Shown here one piece after another: positions 57,974-64,000 of a DNA stretch of 64,000 bases. The stretch lies in contig JBDKEN010000002.1 of assembly GCA_039795225.1 (NCBI GenBank), forward strand, positions 334,869 through 398,868, read 5' to 3'. The notes beneath the pieces are model-generated. The model made no database searches. It had not been told where the DNA came from and was given only the letters and a program-made list of their open reading frames with translations. The position numbers and the translations under genes were made by a program. Position 1 is the first letter of the stretch. Every line of letters starts with the position of its first letter. The DNA comes from Bacteroidota bacterium. GTDB taxonomy: Bacteria; Bacteroidota; Ignavibacteria; Kapaibacteriales; Kapaibacteriaceae.

Positions 57974-59992
57974 TCAGATGTCGAGATTCTTCACGTACTG
58001 CGCATTGCGCTCGATAAACTCTCGGCGTGGCTCTACTGCCTCGCCCATAAGCGTCTCGAAAACATGCATCGCTTCTGCGGCATTCTCGATGCTTACACGA
58101 AGCAGCGTCCGAGTTTCCGGGTTCATTGTGGTTGCCCAGAGCTGATCAGGGTTCATTTCTCCAAGGCCTTTGAAGCGGCTGATCACGATTCCGTCAGCGG
58201 TAGCCCCTTCCTCGACCGGAACCTCTGCCTCTTCGGCGGTTGGTGCTGTCTCGAGGTTCTTTGCAGCCTTTTTATCAGCCTTTTCCTTTCGAATGCGCGC
58301 GATAGCTTCGTCACGCTCGGCATCGTTGTAGGCGTAGATTTCTGTTTTGCCCTTCTTAAGCTTGTAAAGAGGGGGCTGAGCAATGTAGAGTCGGCCGTCG
58401 TTGATTAGCTGCGGCATGTGCTTCCAGAACAACGTCAGCAATAGTGTACGGATGTGTGACCCGTCGACGTCGGCATCAGCCATGAGGATGATCTTGCCAT
58501 ATCGCGCCTTCGCAACGTCAAAGTCATCGCCAAATCCAGCGCCGATTGCTGTAAAAATCGTGCGGACTTCCTCGTTCTCGAGAACCTTTGTTAGGCGTGC
58601 CTTGTGAACATTCAGGATCTTTCCCTTCAGCGGAAGAATTGCCTGGAAGCGACGGTCACGACCTTGCTTGGCCGATCCACCGGCCGAGTCTCCCTCGACG
58701 AGGAAGATTTCGGTGTCTTCGGGCGTACGCAACGAACAGTCCGCGAGCTTACCCGGCAGTGAGCCGCTTTCAAGCGCGCCTTTGCGGCGAATCAGATCCT
58801 TGGCCTTGCGAGCTGCAGCGCGAGCTTCGGCAGCCTGCATTGCCTTTTCGATGATGTGCTTTGCCGCGCTCGGAGTGGCATCGAGATACTTTGACAGTTC
58901 TTCGTTGATGATGGAACGAACGATACCTTCGGTCTCACCATTACCAAGCTTCGTCTTTGTTTGACCTTCAAACTGTGGCTCGGCGACCTTGACAGATACG
59001 ACGGCGGTAAGGCCTTCGCGGAAATCCTCACCTGTGAGATTGATGTCCTTCTTCGTCATGTTGTTCGCGGCTGCATAGGCGTTCAGCGTCCGCGTTAACG
59101 CACTACGGAATCCCGAGACGTGTGTGCCCCCTTCAACAGTGTTAATGTTGTTGACATAGGAGAGAAGGTTCTCGCTGTATCCTGAATTGTACTCAAAGCA
59201 GACATCGACAACGGTTTCAACACCGGATTCATTTGCCACGACGCCACTCATCAGAATCGGCTTTGTGATCGCCGTTGCGTTGGAGTCCAGATGTCGAACA
59301 AAGTCGACCAGTCCACCGCGATACGCAAAAACATCCTTCTTTCCATCGCGCTCGTCTTCAAGTGTGATGGTTACATCCGGGTTCAAGAACGCGAGTTCAC
59401 GAAGGCGCTCGGAAACCTTCTCATAACGAAACTCAACAGTGCGGAAGATCGTCGCATCAGGGTAGAAACGAACGGTGGTTCCCGTTCGCTTCGAGGTGCC
59501 AACTTCTACCACAGGACCCTGTGGAACGCCGATGCTATAGGTCTGCTCATACTTCTTGCCGTCGCGCTCAACGGTAACAAGCATCGTGGTGGAAAGAGCA
59601 TTGACGCAGCTCACGCCCACACCGTGAAGACCACCTGACACCTTGTACGTGTTCTTATCGAACTTTCCTCCAGCGTGGAGGGTACACATGACCACTTCAA
59701 GGGTCGAGATTTTCTTTACTGGGTGCGGACCAACTGGAATACCCCGACCGTCGTCAGCAACCGAGCATGATCCGTCGGCGTTGAGCGTGATCATGATATT
59801 TCGACAGTGCCCAGCAAGTGCTTCGTCGATCGAATTATCGACTACCTCCTGGATGAGGTGGTGAAGGCCGCGCTCGCCAACATCGCCAATGTACATGGCG
59901 GGACGTTTGCGGACGGCCTCAAGTCCTTCGAGGACCTTAATGCTATCCTCGGTATATCCAGGTTGAAGTGGTTGTTGTTGTGCGTCGGACAT
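57974..59992 (-). CDS. gyrB: DNA gyrase subunit B
   Basis: Motifs LEGLEAVRKRPAMYIGD, LHHLIQEVVDNSIDEA, GGLHGVG, EGDSAGGSAKQGRDR and PLKGKILNV. Confidence 0.97.
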   Translation of the reverse strand: MSDAQQQPLQPGYTEDSIKVLEGLEAVRKRPAMYIGDVGERGLHHLIQEVVDNSIDEALAGHCRNIMITLNADGSCSVADDGRGIPVGPHPVKKISTLEVVMCTLHAGGKFDKNTYKVSGGLHGVGVSCVNALSTTMLVTVERDGKKYEQTYSIGVPQGPVVEVGTSKRTGTTVRFYPDATIFRTVEFRYEKVSERLRELAFLNPDVTITLEDERDGKKDVFAYRGGLVDFVRHLDSNATAITKPILMSGVVANESGVETVVDVCFEYNSGYSENLLSYVNNINTVEGGTHVSGFRSALTRTLNAYAAANNMTKKDINLTGEDFREGLTAVVSVKVAEPQFEGQTKTKLGNGETEGIVRSIINEELSKYLDATPSAAKHIIEKAMQAAEARAAARKAKDLIRRKGALESGSLPGKLADCSLRTPEDTEIFLVEGDSAGGSAKQGRDRRFQAILPLKGKILNVHKARLTKVLENEEVRTIFTAIGAGFGDDFDVAKARYGKIILMADADVDGSHIRTLLLTLFWKHMPQLINDGRLYIAQPPLYKLKKGKTEIYAYNDAERDEAIARIRKEKADKKAAKNLETAPTAEEAEVPVEEGATADGIVISRFKGLGEMNPDQLWATTMNPETRTLLRVSIENAAEAMHVFETLMGEAVEPRREFIERNAQYVKNLDI

Positions 59993-60018
59993 GGAATACT
60001 CCTCTGATGTTCGTTGTG

Positions 60019-60294
60019 TTAGCGGATAACAATCTCACGAATGAGATCCTTACCGGCAGTATGATTGATGGACCGACGCAGCTCGTCGCGCCGCATGGTG
60101 AGTTCGTGGCGCCATGATGCTTCAGGGACGTGCACACGCAGAACTCCGTGTTCAAACGATCGAATCTCCGTGCGTGATGCAAGCCCCTTGCCAACAACCT
60201 CTTCCCAATATTTCGGAATGCGAGCCTTGTCGAGCTCGTCGTCGAGATGACGAGAGCGAATAAATGTTTTCAAGAGATCGGAAAGCTGAATCAT
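60019..60294 (-). CDS. DUF721 domain protein (DciA-like)
   Basis: Sits between recF and gyrB. Sequence IPKYWEEVVGKGLASRTEIRSFEHGVLRVHVPEASWRHELTMRRDEL. Confidence 0.75.
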   Translation of the reverse strand: MIQLSDLLKTFIRSRHLDDELDKARIPKYWEEVVGKGLASRTEIRSFEHGVLRVHVPEASWRHELTMRRDELRRSINHTAGKDLIREIVIR

Positions 60295-61478
60295 GCCGCC
60301 TCCCGAGATTCTGAGCGTTCAGTATTGACGACACGACCCGATGAAATCGTTGTCAGCTGAACCCTCACGTGGCGTCCTGGTTGACGTTCGACAGAGTCGA
60401 TCACGTTGCGAACTTGTTGCCCGTCGGTTGTCGTTACAAAGCACTGCAGATTCATCGAGATGATATGATCGAGGACTCGGCGGCAGCGGTCTGCATCCAA
60501 TTCACTAAAGACGTCATCAAGCAGGATCACCGGACGCTCGTTACCGTACTCCTGGAGAATCTGAGATTCAGCGATCTTGAGAGCGACGAGGAGAGACTTG
60601 TGCTGCCCTTGAGAGGCCGTTTCCCGCACGAGTGCACCGTTGATAAAAAGCGCAATCTCATCCTTTTGTGGGCCGAAGAGCGACGATTGCCGTGCAATCT
60701 CGCGCGGTGCGAGTCGTTGCGCTGCCAGCCGATAGGCGTCAGCGATTGACTCAACGGCAGTGAGATTAGCGTCGGCAATATGATCCAGGATGTCTGGTTG
60801 GTACACCACGTCGATTTCTTCATTACCTCCCGATACCGCCTGATAGGCCTCACGAATACGTGGCGTGATGTCCGCAAGAAAGCGGGCACGTCGTTCGACG
60901 ATTTCTGCGCTGATCACGATGAATTGCTCGGTCCAGACCGCTAGGTCTGCAGTCGTCGCGCGGCCCTCGGCGAGAGCAGCCAGGACGGCATTGCGTTGCT
61001 TAAACAGCCGGCGATGTTCGAAGAGCAGCTCGGTTGTGCGCCGACTCGCCTGTGCCATTACGGCATCGATGAACGAGCGCCGTTCGCTTGGACCACCAAA
61101 GGTGATGCTCTTGTGGTCTGGACTCAGCACCACAATCGGAATTGCACCAATGATGTCACGGGGCGAGCAGGATGTTTGCGTCGATGTCGTGATGCGCTTT
61201 CGAACGCCGTGGCGTACTGTTACGCTGACCGTGTAGGGAATCTCCAGGTCTCGTTCGGACGAGACCGATGCCAGACAGCCATCCTCGTTATGTCGGATGA
61301 GCGCCTGGTCACTAACCGGTACAAAGCTGCGGGCAATTGCGCAAAGGCTTAGCGCCTCAAGGACCGATGTCTTGCCTGACCCGTTGCCACCGGTGAGGAT
61401 GTTGACATCGGGAACGAAGGCAATGTCAGTCTCTGCATGGTTACGGACATTGTGCAGATGGATGCTGCGGATCACCAC
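60291..61478 (-). CDS. recF: DNA replication and repair protein RecF
   Basis: Walker A motif LTGGNGSGKTSVLEAL, signature SQGQHKSLLVALKIA, and Walker B PVILLDDVFSELD. GTG start 11 nt after the dnaN stop codon. 4-nt overlap with the DUF721 gene. Confidence 0.93.
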   Translation of the reverse strand: MVIRSIHLHNVRNHAETDIAFVPDVNILTGGNGSGKTSVLEALSLCAIARSFVPVSDQALIRHNEDGCLASVSSERDLEIPYTVSVTVRHGVRKRITTSTQTSCSPRDIIGAIPIVVLSPDHKSITFGGPSERRSFIDAVMAQASRRTTELLFEHRRLFKQRNAVLAALAEGRATTADLAVWTEQFIVISAEIVERRARFLADITPRIREAYQAVSGGNEEIDVVYQPDILDHIADANLTAVESIADAYRLAAQRLAPREIARQSSLFGPQKDEIALFINGALVRETASQGQHKSLLVALKIAESQILQEYGNERPVILLDDVFSELDADRCRRVLDHIISMNLQCFVTTTDGQQVRNVIDSVERQPGRHVRVQLTTISSGRVVNTERSESREAA

Positions 61479-61489
61479 GTCAACATCCG

Positions 61490-62608
61490 TTAAATCTTCA
61501 CGGGCATGACCAACATGAGGAGCGAGTCGTCACCCGAGGCCGGTGTGATCAAGACAGCACGAACGGGCGATGAGAACGTCATCTTCACGTTCAACTCTGG
61601 ATCGTCGTCAGCACTGATGTTCTTGATGGCCTCTTCGAGGTAGCGATAGTTGAAGCCAACCTCAAAGTCTGATGCAGAGAATTCGCACGGAATGTTTTCC
61701 GTTCCCTTGCTGCCAGAGTCTTCGTCTTCCGAGTGCACCGACATCGATGTTGGCTCAATGCGGAAGCGGACATGTTTCGTATTTGTGTTCGCAAACAGCG
61801 ATACGCGCTTGATTGCACTCAGTACTTCGCGCTGATGCACGATCAGTGACTTGTCGTTGTCAGCTGGAATGACGTTCTGGTAGGGCGGATACTTCTCATC
61901 GATGATGCGGGTAGTGATCGTCATGGAACCAATCGAGAACCGCGCATGGGTGCGCGAGATTTCCATGGTGACGTCACTTTCGATGCGACGAAGAAGGTCG
62001 ACCGAGCGCGATGGAATAATCGCCTCGAGGCCATCAGGGAACGCTGCATCGCCGGCTCCGACGATCACGCGAGAAAGTCGAAACCCATCTGTGGCGACAG
62101 CAGTTACGCTGTCCGTGCGGAACTGGAAGAAGACACCCGTCATGCTTGGACGGTACTCTTCGGTAGAAACCGCAAACACCGTTTTGTTGGCCATGCGCAT
62201 GACGTCTTCTTTGCGCAAGACTGCCGACTGGGCTTCTGGGAATGGTGGGATCGATGGAAACTCTTCGGCATCCAACGATTTCATTTCGTAGGAGCCAGTT
62301 GGTGTGCGAAGCGAGATCGTTTGGTTGCGATCGTTCGCAGTGATTTCAACCGAGCCTGATGATCCGAGTTCCTTGACAAGGTCGTTGAACTGTCGAGCTG
62401 GGATGAGCAGTGCACCATCACGTTCTCCAACCACCACCGTGGTGAGAGAGATCATGATCTCTTGATCCGTGGCGGTAAACGTCAGCTCGCTCCCATGCAG
62501 TTCGGCAAGGAGGTGTTCGAGAACGGGAATCGTACTCTTGGCTGGGATTGCAGGCAGGACTTTCTGCAGGGCCTTTTGCAGGTCCGGCAGTGCTACGGTG
62601 AACTTCAT
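61490..62608 (-). CDS. dnaN: DNA polymerase III beta subunit (sliding clamp)
   Basis: Starts MKFTVALPDLQKALQKVLPAIPAKSTIPVLEHLL. Three-domain length (372 aa), with NYRYLEEAIKNI near the C-terminus. Confidence 0.93.
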   Translation of the reverse strand: MKFTVALPDLQKALQKVLPAIPAKSTIPVLEHLLAELHGSELTFTATDQEIMISLTTVVVGERDGALLIPARQFNDLVKELGSSGSVEITANDRNQTISLRTPTGSYEMKSLDAEEFPSIPPFPEAQSAVLRKEDVMRMANKTVFAVSTEEYRPSMTGVFFQFRTDSVTAVATDGFRLSRVIVGAGDAAFPDGLEAIIPSRSVDLLRRIESDVTMEISRTHARFSIGSMTITTRIIDEKYPPYQNVIPADNDKSLIVHQREVLSAIKRVSLFANTNTKHVRFRIEPTSMSVHSEDEDSGSKGTENIPCEFSASDFEVGFNYRYLEEAIKNISADDDPELNVKMTFSSPVRAVLITPASGDDSLLMLVMPVKI

Positions 62609-62702
62609 GTGGGATTCCGAAAGAAGATCGCGCCGAGAGGCTCGAATGTGCTAGTTTTGACGGGCGAATCTACGAACCACCAGAAGACCAGACAACGTTG
62701 AA

Positions 62703-63389
62703 ATGCATAGGATATTAACACCTTACGGCTACGACAACGCCTTTTTTCTGCTCGGTATCAGTGCTTGTCTGATGGCCGTTGCATTCGGATTCCTTTCAGG
62801 AGTTCTGAGTTTGCTCTTGGGGCTCCTCGGAATTGGGCTGGGAGCGTTTACGATGTGGTTCTTTCGGGATGCCGAACGCCCCCTGCTTCCTGAAGCTGCA
62901 GCGGATACACGTCTGGTGATGGCACCGGCTGACGGTCAGGTGGTGAATGTCATACCGATTGAGCATGATGAGCTGTTGCAGGGTCCGGCGACGCAGATCA
63001 GCATCTTCCTCTCTCCGGTCAATCTCCACGTTAACAGATACCCGGCTTCAGGCGTTATTGAGTCTGTCGAGTACATTCCCGGCAAATACCTGATGGCATT
63101 TAATCCGAAATCGAGTGCGGAGAATGAGCGATCGCAGTTTGTCCTTCGCACTGCCCATGGACGCATTTCCTTCCAGCAGATTACCGGATTCCTGGCACGC
63201 AGGATCGTATACGATACCACTGTTGGCGACGTCGTGCAGGTTGGCGATCGTTTTGGGATGATGAAGTTCGGCTCGCGGATGGACGTGGTCGTTCCTGCCG
63301 ATGCCACCATTGAGGTCCGTCCCGGAGATCGTGTTGTGAGCTCACGGCACATTCTTGCCAGATTGCAAGGGGCTGCAGGCGAAGTATAA
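62703..63389 (+). CDS. psd: Phosphatidylserine decarboxylase proenzyme (short type)
   Basis: N-terminal TM segments, and the self-cleavage motif GMMKFGSRMDVVVP (G-S). Confidence 0.9.
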   Translation: MHRILTPYGYDNAFFLLGISACLMAVAFGFLSGVLSLLLGLLGIGLGAFTMWFFRDAERPLLPEAAADTRLVMAPADGQVVNVIPIEHDELLQGPATQISIFLSPVNLHVNRYPASGVIESVEYIPGKYLMAFNPKSSAENERSQFVLRTAHGRISFQQITGFLARRIVYDTTVGDVVQVGDRFGMMKFGSRMDVVVPADATIEVRPGDRVVSSRHILARLQGAAGEV

Positions 63390-64000
63390 TGCGGGTTACA
63401 CGTTCTGTCATACCTAACCTGTTTACCCTGGCGAATCTCTTTTGCGGGGTGGCGGCGATTGTTGCATCCTTTGAGGGGCGAACGCAGGAGGCGATTGGCC
63501 TCATTATCACCGCCGGTGTGTTTGACATGCTCGATGGTGTAGTGGCAAGGCTTACGCGGAGCACCTCGGAGTTTGGCGTCGAATTGGATTCACTCTGTGA
63601 TGCCGTTTCCTTTGGTGTAGCCCCCTCGATACTCCTGTACGTGTCCCATCCGGCGTCGCAGCACGCGTCCCAATGGACCTTGATCATCAGCTCGATCCCG
63701 GCATTGGCCGGCGTTTTGCGACTGGCACGTTTTAACGTGCAGCTCACGAGCATGGAGGACAAGTTGTATTTCCGTGGAATGCCAATCCCTGCCGGCGCGT
63801 TTCTCATTCTCTCGTACCTGGCAGTCTGGCATGCTCGTGTCCCGGCGGAATGGCAGTCGCAGGCAATTACTGCGGTTTCGATCATCACTGGTCTGGCCAT
63901 GGTTAGTACGATCAAGTACGACAATCTTCCCCGACCATCGATAAAGGCGTTTCGACAACGCCCCATTGTCTTTTCCGTATTTTTCGTGGGAACGGTTTTC
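63389..64000 (+). CDS. pssA: CDP-diacylglycerol--serine O-phosphatidyltransferase. The 3' end runs off the window.
   Basis: Absent from the ORF track because it is open at the window end. My translation from ATG 63389 (TAATG overlap with the psd stop codon) reads MRVTRSVIPNLFTLANLFCG..FDMLDGVVARLTRSTSEFGVELDSLCD. This is the CDP-alcohol phosphatidyltransferase motif D-G-x2-A-R-x8-G-x3-D-x3-D. Confidence 0.9.
   Translation, partial: MRVTRSVIPNLFTLANLFCGVAAIVASFEGRTQEAIGLIITAGVFDMLDGVVARLTRSTSEFGVELDSLCDAVSFGVAPSILLYVSHPASQHASQWTLIISSIPALAGVLRLARFNVQLTSMEDKLYFRGMPIPAGAFLILSYLAVWHARVPAEWQSQAITAVSIITGLAMVSTIKYDNLPRPSIKAFRQRPIVFSVFFVGTVF

Noticed and set aside
62609-62702. Possible oriC upstream of dnaN
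   Set aside because: It is only 94 nt, with no DnaA-box-like 9-mers and no AT-rich unwinding element that I can see.
63181-63966. 261-aa minus-strand ORF (and the nested 63590..63958 ORF)
   Set aside because: It is antisense to psd and to the pssA gene. The ORF track misses pssA because it is open at the window end, but pssA carries a perfect CDP-alcohol phosphatidyltransferase motif.

Overview
Bacterial chromosomal window with moderate GC by eye. It is mostly housekeeping genes with two accessory stretches. I found no rRNA, tRNA, CRISPR array, integrase or transposase.

Lineage. Several signals point to the FCB group (Bacteroidota, Ignavibacteriota or Kapabacteria-like): Por/T9SS-type C-terminal sorting domains, a CarboxypepD_reg-type TonB-dependent receptor, weak Shine-Dalgarno usage, and a PD40+OmpA lipoprotein.

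Core content, in order:
- Minus-strand operon: PBP1A (open at the window start), PD40/OmpA lipoprotein, aat, trmB.
- secD-secF-purA.
- DUF1624 acyltransferase, ppx/gppA, htrA, an OM beta-barrel, kup, gcdH.
- A complete rimP-nusA-infB-rbfA-truB-ribF-rpsO-pnp superoperon.
- SbtA-like permease, prolyl oligopeptidase, glycosylasparaginase.
- LysM/SLT transglycosylase, a sugar nucleotidyltransferase, metK-ahcY, a GNAT.
- Minus-strand dnaN-recF-DUF721-gyrB without dnaA.
- psd-pssA (open at the window end).

Accessory content:
- 9.2-21.4 kb: a TonB-dependent receptor locus with a 1411-aa BNR + multi-Ig T9SS protein and a 1333-aa internally duplicated T9SS protein.
- 44-51 kb: a same-strand run of secreted or uncharacterised genes, including an eRF1/Pelota-like (baeRF-type) protein, an arylsulfotransferase-family protein and a lipoprotein with two candidate c-type haem motifs.

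Most notable non-genic signals:
- Two intergenic heptanucleotide tandem-repeat arrays: (ACCTCAC)7 abutting the gcdH start codon, and a 10-unit ACCAATG-based array with a 28-nt super-period.
- A ~100-aa RGG/RD-rich tail on PNPase.
- A plus-oriented terminator with no plus-strand gene upstream of it.

All family assignments come from reading motifs in the translations. No searches were run.
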